From the NCBI RefSeq assembly GCF_009834535.1, contig NC_045697.1, positions 83,454,001-83,518,000 of the forward strand: a stretch of 64,000 bases of DNA. The letters run 5' to 3'. This document shows, piece by piece, positions 1 through 12,261 of the stretch. A program made the translations under genes and the position numbers. The notes under the pieces are model-generated. The model did not search any database. It had not been told where the DNA came from and was given only the letters and a program-made list of their open reading frames with translations. Every line of letters begins with the position of its first letter. Position 1 is the stretch's first letter. Origin of the DNA: Camelus ferus (taxonomy: Eukaryota).

Positions 1-859
1 CTCAAATGTCAGGGAAATGGTTTTCAAACCACCCTCCAAAGAGCTGTATGGCTCAGAGAAGGCACCTTAAAGAGCAGCTAGCAGGGATTTGGCAGGAAGC
101 TATTGAAACAGGGAGTCTTAGGGATTTCACTCCAGTTCACAGCAGAGCTGCTCCTCTCTGTATGTTTTATACACTGGGATTTCACATTTGGAAAAAAAAA
201 TGGCTCAACCATTTAAGAACTGTTGAAAACCACTGGCTTAGGGACAGTGTCATAAGAAAAGTTTTTAGAAATGAAAATGTAAATCCCTTGACACACACAT
301 TTTGTTAATGTGTCTGCATATCACTTAGCACAGTGAGTCACTCCAGCATCCAAGATCTTATTTATAAACCACATGACAGCTGTAGTTTTGTAGAGGTTAT
401 ATAAACTTACCTGTTTATATGGAGAGAGAGAGATAGAGAGGGGGAGGAAGGGAGGAAGGGAAGAAGGGAACTGGTCTTACTCCTCCAGGAGATCGTGAAG
501 TATGGGGAATACTCCCCATTTTGGGTAGTGTGCCTTAAAATAAAAATGTGAGGCAACGAGGGGTCAGGGAAGGTGGGGTTGGTTTAAATGTTTAATGGCA
601 GCCAGTGAGGGTTTGCTTTAACACATCAATATAAATTGTGAGTCCTTGTAGAGATACAGAGATAAAGAGTGCCTGACCATGCTGAGAGTAAAAGGGAACT
701 CTCGCGAGAATAGAATCGTGAGCCCTACAGTGTGAGAGCTAAATTGTGAAGAACTAAAGGAGAAGATTTGAGTTCAGAACTAGCAATAACCATTTGAGGA
801 TAAAGGAGGGAGAATCATGATAAAAAATAAAATGGTAAAAACTGATGTGAGTTGGGTTC

Positions 860-1450
860 ATACAGGATTACCTCAAGTAACCAGAAGTTTATCACGAAGA
901 TAAACGTTCACATGAGGACCACGGGAATCTCAAGGCAATCCTGGGGCATAAAACCTCACAGAGACTGGAACCCAGAAGTGGAGATTCTAGGGAATGAGTG
1001 GCTTCTAGGGAATGAGTGGCTTTCCTTTTTTATCTGGGTGGCAGAAGTTATTGCTCTCTGCTTGCATGATATTCAGCTCCTGTCTGTCTCTGTTTTTCCT
1101 CCTTTCACAAACTATCAGCAACAGCACCCTTACTTTTTACTTATTTCCTCATGGCCTTCCTGTCCTACCACTTTCTCTGAATGTTTTGTTCAACTTCTGC
1201 TTCAACTACCTAATCTCCTGGTCCATATTTCCAGTTTAAATTCACAGGAGAAAGAGTCTAATTTGCTCAGCCGATCCTTACTTGGGCAAAATTTTTGTGT
1301 CAAATCACCTGCTGGGTAAGCCTATGGGTTGGTCAGGTACCCACTCCAGCTCAGAGCTCTCGTTGAAGACTGGAGGGGGCCACATGATACAGACTGTGGT
1401 CACTTCCATCTCTAGAATGACTTAGACCTCCTCCCTGCGCAGGGGCTGTG
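860..1450 (-). mobile_element. Old MaLR LTR (MLT1K/L-like), degraded
   Basis: Resembles a reverse-complemented old MLT1 (…ggagaaagagtctaatttgctcagcc…ggtcaggtacccactcc…); boundaries approximate. Confidence 0.45.
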
Positions 1451-2383
1451 AGGCAGTTTCTCTCAGGCAGTTTCTCTCTTAGCCAACCTGTCTAATACAG
1501 CAGTGGTGGGAAACAGGGAAATAGATTCAAAAAGGAGAGAGGAGGAGAAAAGAGACCATCTTAGATTGCTACATGGGAGAGTGCAGAGATGTGGCGTCAC
1601 AGGACCCACATCAAGGCCAAAGAAAGAATGCGTTAGCTCTAAGGAAAACGTATAAGAACAGCCCTGAATTGGTGAGGAATGTGACCATAAAGTCAGCTCC
1701 ATGAGCTGATAGACAAGAAAATAAATACATAGAGACATGGACAGACAATAGATGGATAAAGCACAAAACTATTTCATTTTGGTTCAAAGAAAGCAGCTAA
1801 ATTCTTGCCCAACACTTTGTCTTCATCATGTGTCATTACCTCCCTTAGCAGTGCCTCATTAATTTAGTTCACAGGCCTGAGTAAAGCTTACAGCATGGAT
1901 ATACCAAATAAAAGGAAATAAATAAGGAGAACAGAAAAATCTACATTAAAACACCAAATTTTCAATGAAGATTATGATAGCTATAAGTAAATCAATTTTG
2001 TCAATTTGTCAATTGAATTGTCAATTAAAACTGTGAGATATTAAATAGGAAAAGTAGAAGTTAAAAAACTGAGAAAACACCAAAGTAGCTGGAAAGTATA
2101 TTTTTCTTATACAGCAAATGTAGTCCACTTGCTGAAGAGACTGCTGGTTGCTTCTTAGTATCCACTCTCCCCTTTTAGTTCAGTGACAAGAATCTAAGTT
2201 TTGCATGAACACGCTACTGCCGAACTATAGAGGATTAAAGCTACTGGGGCGTTGTAACCAGCTGTTAGCCAATAATACATAAATGGAAATATTGTGTTCA
2301 ACAATCAGGAAGTATTCTTATTGGAAAAGTCATGGACTTCTTCCTACGATCTGTGGCACAGATGTAACAGTAATTACCTGCCG

Positions 2384-2972
2384 CATCAGGAGCCCCCAAG
2401 ACCACTGGATGATTTGCCAGCAGGACTCACGGGACCTAGAAAAGCTGTTATATTCATGGCATGGTTTATACAACAAAAGGACACAGAATAGGAACAGTAG
2501 AAGAGAAAGACGCATGGGGGGGGGGGGGGGGGGCGGCGTCCAGGAGAAACCAGACATGAGTTCCCAGGCATCCTCTCCCAAGAGTTTCGTACACAGCACC
2601 TCACTCTCCCAGCAATGAGGTGTGACAAGTATCAAGTGTCGTCAAGCAGAGAAGCTCACCTGAGTGTCCAAGGTTTTGCTGGGAATCGGTCACCGTAGGC
2701 TGGGAACATCCATGCAACTGACCTTGGCGACTCAGTGTCCAGCCCTGACAGAGGGCAAACTGATAGTGCAGCCCAGGGTCCTAGGGAACAAAACCAGGTG
2801 TTCACCATAAATCACATTATGACCATAAACGCTCAGGGACACTCTTATTGGGTGGAATATTCTGAGGACTCAAAGGTTATAATTGCCCAGAAGCTAGTCA
2901 AGGGCCAGTCCTTCCTTTGAAATGTGCAGGACTTGAGCCCCCCAAGCCCACAGTGTCACCCCTTAAAGCACA
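2384..2972 (-). mobile_element. ERVL solo LTR, MER77/MER21/MER68 group
   Basis: cccccaagaccac…gatgatttgccagcaggactcacgggacctagaaaagctgttatattcatgg…ttcaccataaatcacatt…agtcaagggccagtcc…gcaca matches the recalled MER77-type consensus. Confidence 0.75.
2516..2533. repeat. G18 homopolymer
   Basis: Directly visible inside the MER77-like LTR. Confidence 0.95.
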
Positions 2973-3559
2973 GTGAGCAAGCACCCCCTCTTCCCCCACT
3001 GAGAGGACCTTCACTGCACATTTACTTACCATGAGGTAACTTTAGGATGAAGTTACAAAAAAGAGAAAAAAAGGGAAAAAAAGAGAAGGAGCTGGGTCCA
3101 CAATACTGTTGGGTTGTCACTCTAGAGCTAGATCACCCAGCTTTTTTTCCATGTCTATCACTAAGAAACATGCATCCATTAGCTGAAGCCACTATTTTTA
3201 GGCCTTTTTTATTACCCACAGCTGAAACTAATTGAGCCACCATTGGGCTCTTTTCACAGCTTTAGGTCATTAATGCACACAGAACACCCTTTTGCTCATG
3301 GAAGACCTTTACAAATTTACTTTTTATCAAATTCAAAATGGACCAGACCTACTCTAAGCCCCCAAGGGGACATGCTTTTTATTACAGCAGTAATTGTTAG
3401 AGTTAATTCAATAAGAAACACAGTCATTTATAAAGGGTTTTTTTCCTACATGATATACAGCATCAGAATTGATCAACTAAATGGACACAGTTGTGTGGGA
3501 CTGGGTGCATGACAGCCAGTTTATGTTTTCCTAATCTTCATTTAAACTGCAGCTCCCAG

Positions 3560-4138
3560 TCCCCAGACCCTACTGTCTCACTATCTCTTTTTTTTCCCCA
3601 CAGTATTTGTGATTACTATGACCTGAACATTTGTGTCCCTGAAAAATTCATATGTTGAAAATTCTAGAGCCCTATGTCATGTACTAGAAAGTGGGGACTC
3701 CAGGAGGTCCTTAGGTCGTGAGGACGGGGACCTCATGAATGGGATCAGTGCTTATAAAAGAGGCTCCAGAGACCCCCCAGCCCCTCCCACCAAGTGAGGA
3801 CACAGCAGGAGGTGCTGGCTGTGAACCAGGAAGGGGCCCTTCCCAGAAGACCACCACGCCGGTACCCTGATCTAGGACTTTCCAACCTCCAGACCTATGA
3901 GCAATAAATTGTATAAAGCACCCAGGGTGTGGTATTTTGTCATAGCAGCCCAAAGAGACTAAGACAGTGACCAAATGGCATCATCACTTTTACTCCTTTA
4001 TGGTATCTCCAGCCTCCACCAAAATGTGGGCTCCTTGAGGGGTGGAGAATTTTGCCTATTTGTTCACAGTTGTATCTCAAGTGTTCAGAACAATGCCTTG
4101 CATATCATATTCATTCAAAAATATTTGTTAATTGAATG
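3560..4138 (+). mobile_element. L2 3' end (split by MLT1A)
   Basis: aatgtgggctccttgagggg…ttgttcacagttgtatctcaagtgttcagaacaatgccttgcata…aaatatttgtttaattgaatg, typical L2 terminus. Confidence 0.7.
3614..3966 (+). mobile_element. MaLR solo LTR MLT1A/MLT1A0
   Basis: Full-length match to the recalled MLT1A0 consensus ending in gactaagaca; 5-bp TSD gtgat/gtgac. Confidence 0.88.
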
Positions 4139-5340
4139 GCTTTGATGTATATTATTTTCTAGTTAATATATAATGTAGAAAGTTAAAAAGAGGAAACAAC
4201 TTAGCAAATACAGAAGAAATTTTAAGATTCAGTTCCAGTAAGAGATCATCTTAATACATGTGCTAGACAGAGTTATGATCGGGGGTAGCAAATGCATAGA
4301 ATGGTATCATTTTTCCTACTTATCTCTAGAGACAGAAAAATGCTGAACTTCTCCAAAGCTGAAACAAATTGTTCACTTTGGAGCATAACACAACTTGGCA
4401 ACAAACATCCTGCAAATTCTTTCGTTATAAATAGTGCCAAGTAATTGAGCTAAAAAAAATTTTTTTTTTATTACAAAAAATGAGTTGCAAAGGGTTGGAA
4501 AGAGTATCAGGGTTTTTGAAATATATTTGGAAAGCTGATTCTTTCATATAAATTACATGGTATGTGGAATGACTCTGAATTCTAACACAATACTCAGACA
4601 TTTTCCACATTATTCTTTAAGGGAAAAAAAAGAAAACAGTGCCATTCAAGTGACAGAATATTATGCAAAATGAATACCTTTAATAAAAAGGCAAAAATAT
4701 CCTTTTTTTGTAAGAATGCTTGTCTGGTTGGTCTAAAAACACTTCATGAAATAATAAAACAAAAATGACACAACTCCTTAAGTTAAGAGTTATGTCCAAA
4801 ACAGTATAATATGGTTTCTTTTATGTAGAAAAATAAAATGTAGTGTTACTTTCCAAATTTCTATTTTAGCATCTTTAAAAAAATAGAATATGAAAATAAA
4901 GTGAAGAACACAAATAGGATAAACAGTAAAACTGATACAACTGCAGAAGAAATTAAATGAGTTGTATGAATGGAGCAATAAACTCTCCAATAAACTACTT
5001 CATACTACAAATATACACATACACTACAAAAAGTATATTTGACAAATTAAAGGGTGTTACAAATACAGATGAAAGAGACATGTTAGAATTCCCACCTTTG
5101 TATAAAGACCATTATTTATTTCGTATTATTTGAGGTTTAAAAATTTCCTTCAGACACATTTGTAGCATTAATAAGTTGACATGTTTATCACATTGATAAA
5201 CTTATTCTGATAATCTTTATATTATATACTTCAAATCCAATAAAATTCCAATGTGTGTGGAATAGCTAATATCGTATTAGCCACTCCTAGGAAATTATGC
5301 ATTTTACTTTAACACTTTTTAGCCACTTCCAGTGGCTTTT

Positions 5341-5450
5341 GGGGGGCGTAATTAGGTTTTTATTTATTTTTAGTGGAAGTACTGGGGATTGAGCCCAGGA
5401 CCTTGTGCATGCTAGGCTCACACTCTACCACTGAGCTATACCCTCCTTGC
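5341..5450 (-). mobile_element. Camelid-type tRNA-derived SINE (Vic-1-like)
   Basis: Reverse complement reads GGAGGGTATAGCTCAGTGGTAGAG...GGTCCTGGGCTCAATCCCCAGTAC (A/B boxes); flanking near-direct repeat ccagtgg(c/a)tttt. Confidence 0.85.
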
Positions 5451-6139
5451 CCAGTGGATTTTTTTCCCCCTTCCCATAAGCATAAAAAATTTACAATTCC
5501 TCTAACATGACCTCATGCTATTTTCTCCTTATAGCATAAACATATGATTAAAAAACTCATTGTAAATAAAATTATATTAATATTTAGAAATGCCTAATTT
5601 TATTATAAAAATACAGGTTAAATGTATATTAGTTGAAAACTCAAAATAATTTTCTTTTAAATTTATGTTCTCAATCATCCAAAGATAACTAAGTTTCTAT
5701 TTTGGTATGTAGCCTTTAAACTTTTAAATTAAAATTAATTTTTAATTACAAAATTTTAAAGTACGTTTTCTTACTTAAAAGTTTAAAGTGAACATTTTCC
5801 TTTGTTAAATATTCTTCTAAAATACAGAATAATAATCAGATCTTCATAGGATTGCTGAGATAGAATACATTTTGTCTAGGTTTGTGCTAATCCTTTAGCA
5901 GTCTATTACTTTTTAAAATCATAACCCATACCATGCTGTCTTGAAATATCATTTATTATTACTTTCCCTCTTACGAGTGTATAATCGAATGGCAAGAACC
6001 ATGCATTTTAGCCATCCTTGTATTGCCATTGTCTGGAACATACTAGGCAGACAAGGCTATTACAATTCCTTGAACACTGAACATTGGTATGTTACAGTGA
6101 TGCCCCTTAATGTAACTATTTCTTTTTCTCTTTTTGCTT

Positions 6140-6425
6140 GTTAGTATGGAAAATTTCAAATAGAATAGAATAATGACCTCCATGCTCCCCTCACCCTGTT
6201 TCAAAATGATTAATTCGTGGCAATTATTTTTACCTATACTTTCATCCCCTACCTGTACCAATTTTCTTTTGAAGCATATCCCTAAGTGCTATTACTTCCT
6301 CTTAAGATGTTTTCATATGAATTCTAAAAAGCTAAGAACTCTTTTAAATATAACCACAGCACCATTATCACACCCAAAATAATTTAATATTTATTCCTTA
6401 ATGTCATCTAGTATCTAGTCAGTGA
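6140..6425 (-). mobile_element. L1MC-type 3' end fragment
   Basis: ggaaaatttcaaa…aaatataaccacagcaccattatcacacccaaaa…aatgtcatcta resembles the L1MC4/5 3' terminus in reverse. Confidence 0.6.
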
Positions 6426-6719
6426 GAATAATTATTTCTTCTGTTTGCCCCAAACTATATTTAGTAGTACACATTAAGATGACTCTTGGTATACCTAGAA
6501 AAAACTTTCAGTTCTAAGAAAGTTTTGAAGTAAAATGTAAAGCATAAAATATCATTAAGGTAGAAAATTAGAGTAAGGAAAAAACATTTTATTTATTTTT
6601 TATATGAGATAGCACTAAGAAAATATTATTTAAGTTTGAATTCCCACGGTGTCTCTTTTTTCGTTTGTTTAGAAAATCTAAAACTTTCACAAAATTATTA
6701 ACAAACAAACGGCTTTGTT

Positions 6720-6950
6720 GTTGTGCTTAAGTACTCCAGTCAGATTGCTCAGGCTTGACTCTGAGCCCTGCCACTCAGTGGTTATAGGACATTGGACAAA
6801 TCACAGCTACTTCCTCAGTGAAGGGATTAAATATCACCCCCCACCCAAGACTGTTGTGAAGGGTAAACAAGTTAGTGCAAACAAGGTGTCCAGAGGAGGT
6901 CCTGACACTCAGCAAGTCCTCAGTAAGTGACAATGGTTATTGCTGCTGTT
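6720..6950 (+). mobile_element. MIR SINE
   Basis: Degenerate MIR core (ctccagtcagattgctcaggcttgactctgagccctgccact…ctgttgtgaagggtaaa…cctgacactcagcaagtcctcagtaa). Confidence 0.65.
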
Positions 6951-7732
6951 TTAGAGGGAAATGAGAAAAAAGACACAGACAGCAGGGATGGCTGAACATT
7001 CTTTACTTCCTGAACTAAATTCCAAAAGACTTTCTAAGCACATCGAGAAGCAGAGTTGGAAAATCCTTGTTTGCAGAAGCTTCTTAACAGCACTTGGAAA
7101 TTTAAAAACTGATACTGATGGCTAATCCTCAGACAATTACAGAAGATCAAAACTATCTAATAATTGCATATAATTTCCAAGATTACAAAAAAATTACTGT
7201 TTTTTGAACAATATAGAAGAGTCCTAAACTACCATTTATTTGACTTATTTTGTTTCTTATTTTTTTAATAGAGCGTTACAGAAAGACCATGCATTTCATC
7301 TTGCAGTTAACAGTGTTTCCTTAAAATCTACTTGTGTCCAATATAGAACCTACTTCAACACAAAATAGCTTTCTATTTCTCTTTCCATTTCTCTATCTAA
7401 GTCAAGAGGAGAAAAAATCTTCTTCTGCAAGACTGCATGAGACTCCTCAGTGATACATAGATATAAAACCCAACCCAGTGCCTAGACCCTTATCTCACAC
7501 CAAACAAAAGCTTTAAGCTACTGGGAGAGGAGGTGTAAACCATTTCTCTCAGGGGCCAGGCAAAGACAAAATGCCTCAGTGGAGAAGAGTAGAAAAAAAC
7601 AGCTGTTTGCCCCTGGAGCCGGGGCAGGACATTGGCTCAGGCCTAGGATCAAGACTGATAGAAAGCTAACATCAGCTAACACTAGGAAAGCAGAAGGAAA
7701 CCCTCTCCCATCCAAGATCAACCACCCCCAGA

Positions 7733-7768
7733 CACACACACACACACACAACACACACACACACACAC
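7733..7768. repeat. Interrupted (CA)n microsatellite
   Basis: Directly visible. Confidence 0.95.
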
Positions 7769-8269
7769 GCATGCATACATCCACACATAAATATATAGAG
7801 ATAGGAGGAAGAATTTGGTTCTCCTGTGAGAGAAATGCTGAGAAATTATATACCTGAGTCCCAGGTACACCTGCCTGCCTAAGATTAACAGCTGGACCAG
7901 GGTAGGCGAGAACTCATCATTCTAACCATAAACCTAACACTGAGGAATGAGCAACAGGAGTCTATTATTGGAGGCCAGCTGGCAAGAGGATGGAGAACCC
8001 CCTCACACTGGCACATGTGTGCCAAGACTGCTCAAAGGGGAGAGTAGACCAGAAACAGTGGAGAAACCCATCCAGTATCTCAAATCCAACCGAAGTACAA
8101 GGTAGCAGTGGTTCATGCCTGGAAGCATCTGAAGTCTGCTGAGCACTAAATTTGGTTATAGCAATAAAAAAAACCAAGACCCAATTCAACTACTGATTAG
8201 ATGGGTTCAATCCCCAAAACTGATGGCCAGAGAGGAAAAGAAGGGGTATACATTATAGAAAGAAACGTT

Positions 8270-9355
8270 ATTTACTATGATACACACCAAAAAAAAAAAA
8301 ATCAAGAAAAAACAATCCAGAAACAAAATGTTTAACAGAAAAGGAAATGACCAAGATGTTAGAACTAATAAACAAAGTCTTTAAAGTCGACTATGCTTAT
8401 TACATTAAAACCTGTTATGGTAAAGATGATAACATTCCCATAAAATAAATGGGAAAATTTAGCAGAATAATGAAGACAGTAAATCAAATGAAAATGCTAG
8501 AAATAAAAACATGATATTATAGACACATTCTTTGAATGAGCGTCTCATCAGATTGGGCAAAGCTAAGGAAAGAATCAGTAAAACTGAAGATAGGTCAATG
8601 GAATTTATCCAAACATAAGGGAAAAAAGGAATCCAAAAACAGAACAGAACATCCAAGAGTTGAGGTTCAGTAACAACTGGCCTAATAAATGTACCATTAG
8701 GTTCTAGGAGGAGGAATGGGGACAATGGGCAGGAGGAACAGCTGAAGAGATAATAGCTAACAAGTTTCAAAAATTAATGAAAGACAACAAGCAAACCACA
8801 GATCTAAGGAACTCAGAGAAACCCAAGTAGAATACATACTTTTAAAATTAAACACATCCTAGTCAAACTGCTAAAAAAAAAAAAGCTAAAAAGAAAATCA
8901 TGAAGGCAACCAAATAATAAACATTACCTACAGATAAAGTATTCAACAGACTTCTTGTCAGAAATAATACAACACCAGTCAAAAATAGAATACTCAAAGA
9001 AAAAACTGTCAAAACAGAAATCTTAACCCAACAAAGATATCTTATAGCAATGAAAGCAAAATAAAGGCTTTTTTAGACAGACAAAAGTAAATAAAATGTA
9101 TTGCCAGAATACATGCACTGCAAGAAATATCCAAGGAAATTCTTTAGGCAACGACTTTGATACCACATTGAAATTTGCAATTTACATAAAGAAATAAAAA
9201 GCTACAATGAGGGTAAATATTTAAAGCCATTTCTATCTGATTTTTTAAAGACTCTTTTAAAAAAATAATTGTCTAAAATTAAAATACTGACAATATTGCA
9301 AGATTTATACGTATGTAGAAGTGAAATCCATGACCAAACAATCACAAAAGGGGAA
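8270..9355 (+). mobile_element. Old L1M ORF1 region, degraded
   Basis: A-rich sequence with L1 ORF1 hallmarks (aagctaaggaaagaatcagtaaaactgaagataggtcaatggaa…gaagagataatagctaacaagtttcaaaaattaatgaaagac…cacagatctaaggaactcagagaaacccaagtagaata). May extend 5' to ~7400. Confidence 0.8.
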
Positions 9356-9539
9356 CACAGAGCGAGGGGAATAGTTACACAAATGAATATATAATCACAA
9401 ACCATAATAAGTGCCATGAAGATGTTCAGGGTTTTTTTCAGGTGCTACATTAACTGGGATTTTTTTTAATATGTTAATTTAAATATAATCAGTCATAATT
9501 CTAATAATCACAGACAAGTCTCTATCGATTGCAGACGTT

Positions 9540-9712
9540 TAACCATGGCTTTTAAGTCTTTTTGTCATTACAGACTGTCAAATTGTTGTTACAAAGGTGC
9601 TTCACCTTAAAGAAAATTCATCAGAAGTCAGTGGAAACAGTGGGTTACAGCAGCCCCACATCAGATGATGGCTATGCGGAGATTCCAGCCCATACCCTCA
9701 AACCTCGAAAGC

Positions 9713-9743
<31 letters not shown>

Positions 9744-9904
9744 GGCTGTCCTGCCCCTGGGGCCCCTAGATTAGACATTCAGAGATTTTTACTCCATTAG
9801 GCAGTGTCAACGCCCCTACTCAGCATGGAAGCACTTTCAGAAGACGGACCTTCGCCCCTCTGCAACCCCATAAGATTATGGGAGTAAAATCTCTGGGAGG
9901 GGAA
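9540..9904 (+). mobile_element. ERV1 internal 3' end (env cytoplasmic-tail remnant plus polypurine tract)
   Basis: Translation LQTVKLLLQ…LGPLD resembles class I env TM tails; acgcccctactcagcatggaagca is typical of ERV1 env ends; PPT gggaggggaa at 9895-9904 abuts the LTR TG. Confidence 0.65.
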
Positions 9905-10534
9905 TGAGACAGAAAGGGAGCAGGGCACAGCCATTCAACGAATGCTACAGCAATTAACATCAAAATGGTGAAAGATTCAACCCCTAGTAGGCCTTCAGGA
10001 TCAAGATGATGGGAGATTTAACTTCTAGTAGACCTTGAGCTTCATTATACGCTTGTTGTACTATATTAATTAGCATGGTGAATAACATGCCCACAGGTGC
10101 CATGACAGTCCCAAGACTAGCCACAAAAGGTCAAAGAGTGGGAAATGGCCAACTTCCTGAGAATCCCAGCCCCTACCCCAAGCTAGTCAGACTGGTCCTT
10201 CCACTTATTTGCATATGAAGCTACCAAAGCCCATAAGAATGGGCAGCACTGCCCCTCACCACTTCTCTCTCTCCATTCAGAGACAGCCCACACTCTGTCT
10301 ATAGAGTGCGTACCTACTTTTAATCTGAGCACCCAACACCCACACCTCGTGGCCTTTCTTTTGCCTTTCAATGTATCTCTCTGAATAAATCTACCTTTAC
10401 TCAACTGTGGCTGGCTCTTGAATTCTTAACTGCGTGAAGCCAAAGACCCACACTTGGCAGGGCATGTCCCAGGGGCTCAGCCAAGACCTGGGACACAGCC
10501 GTCCTCATGCCCCACATCCGTTTTTCCTGCATCA
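9905..10534 (+). mobile_element. ERV1 LTR, MER41-like
   Basis: TG…CA termini, AATAAA at 10384-10389, and cattatacgct…attagcatg…cccac…gccatgacagt shared with the recalled MER41 consensus. Confidence 0.8.
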
Positions 10535-10559
10535 TATCTTCAGCGCCCAACGTCATTTG

Positions 10560-10860
10560 TGTTTTATAGCACATGCTAAGGATTTTGAATTGTATCTCAA
10601 GAGCATGGGAAATGAATAAATGATAAGCTAGCAGCATCATAATAAATTTTTCATTGTAATGAAGTCACTCTAGTTACTCCCTAAAGAATTGCTTGTTAGG
10701 ACAAAATGGATTCAAGGATAATTGGAAGGGTGTTTCACCAGCATAAGAGTCAATGGGGTTTCGGCCTAGAATGGATGCAGGGAGAGGGGGCAACATAGAC
10801 ATTTGAGAGACATTTGGGAGGTAAAATTGATGGTCCCCAGTGATGGAGAGAGAAGTATAA
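10560..10860 (-). mobile_element. L2 fragment (continues the L2 piece at ~9360-9435)
   Basis: catgctaaggattttgaattgtatctcaagagcatggga…atttgagagacatttgggaggtaaaattgatgg is reverse L2. Confidence 0.65.
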
Positions 10861-12261
10861 GGTTTCTTTTCCCCTCTGAGTCATGCATGACTCTTCTGGT
10901 GACACACAGATAATTTCCTAGCAAAAAAAAAAAAAAAAAAATAGTTGAGAGTATTCCAGAAAAATTAAATTAAATAAATCCATGTAAAAGTTTCTGAGGC
11001 CCAAATATGATATTTGAAGATACAGAATACATTATAACATAGTTTTTTTGAAGCAAATAGCAAATTAGTAGCATAGGGTGGATATTTTAAATATTTCAAT
11101 TCCTCCTGCTTTAGGCTGATTCCTGATTTCGTGTGCTGGGTCAGACCACCATTTATGAAAGCAGGTGAAAGCTATTGGATTTTAAGTATATCTGCATCAG
11201 GACCATTCAACTAAATCATCTTTTCACAGTATGCTGCTGTTAGCCTTTTAATGACAAGTTAGCACACCACAGCATTGATTTGTACAACCACAAAATTTGT
11301 AACTTATAAAATATGTAAATTGCTGTATGGTTGTTATTGTTTTTTTATTCCAAAATACCTTGTAGTTGCATGAAGAGGAATTTAATTATTTATCCTGCTG
11401 TACTTGGAGTTCATTTCTGCCAGATCTTTTAAAGCAAAGAAACCAAAAGTTCTGAGACACAAAAACTTCTTTGGCATTCACAACTTTATGAACTGTTTTC
11501 TCTCAAATTATTTAAATTATGTTCCTAATTCCACAAATTCAAATTCTAAATTATACAGACATAATATTTGCATACCAATAAGTAATGGTGATGTTCCTTA
11601 TGTCAAAATAAACTTTATCATAAATAAGACTACTAAGATAAAGAGAATCTACATGTAGGGGAAATATTTTTCTTGAAATATTTAAGAGTATCATATACAT
11701 TTAATTTTCAAACATCACGAAAATAATGAATTTTAACTCTAAAGACATATTTAGAAAAAAACCCACTACTCCTTCTAGTTTAAAATAATGGACTAAAAAA
11801 CATATACATTGTTTTCCCTTTCCCTACTGTCTTGCTGAAATGTCAGAAAAATACGTGAGAAATATAGCACATCTCTAAAGCTCTGAATCAGGAAAGAATG
11901 CTGCAAAGATCATGGCTCCTCTGTCCAGTAACTCCTCAGAGGAATGCCAAGTGTGTTATTCACTAGGGTGGGGAGTAAATGTGGACCATGGAGTGATAAT
12001 CAAAGTTATTTTTAAAGAGCCATATAAGAGCTGTTTCTGGATGCCATGATTAGAACACTAACAATTGTACCCAAATCCTCGCACTCCCCTCACAGAAGCC
12101 ACCATTGAGCCTGGGTCTTTTATTTCTAGCTTGGAGACCTAGGATGTCATAAATCATGAAAAGAAATAGTAACTTTTATTTTCCTAGAAAATTTACCTTT
12201 TATCTAGATTTTCAAACTTAGTGTATTGAATTACAATACCTACAATATGTATTCAATTAAA

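Larger units (their letters stand above)
2118..3235 (+). mobile_element. Old MaLR LTR (MLT1J-like) interrupted by a MER77-like LTR
   Basis: MLT1-like 5' part at ~2118-2383 and MLT1-like 3' end (gaagccactattttt…cacagctgaaactaat) at ~3185-3235. Confidence 0.5.

Noticed and set aside
852..1319. 155-aa ORF with a repeated LGNEWL
   Set aside because: Lies in a decayed MaLR LTR; the repeat comes from an 18-bp tandem duplication.
9562..9774. 70-aa ORF as a captured env/syncytin-like gene
   Set aside because: Only a decayed cytoplasmic-tail remnant with a TTG start and an A-rich microsatellite; no SU or TM ectodomain.
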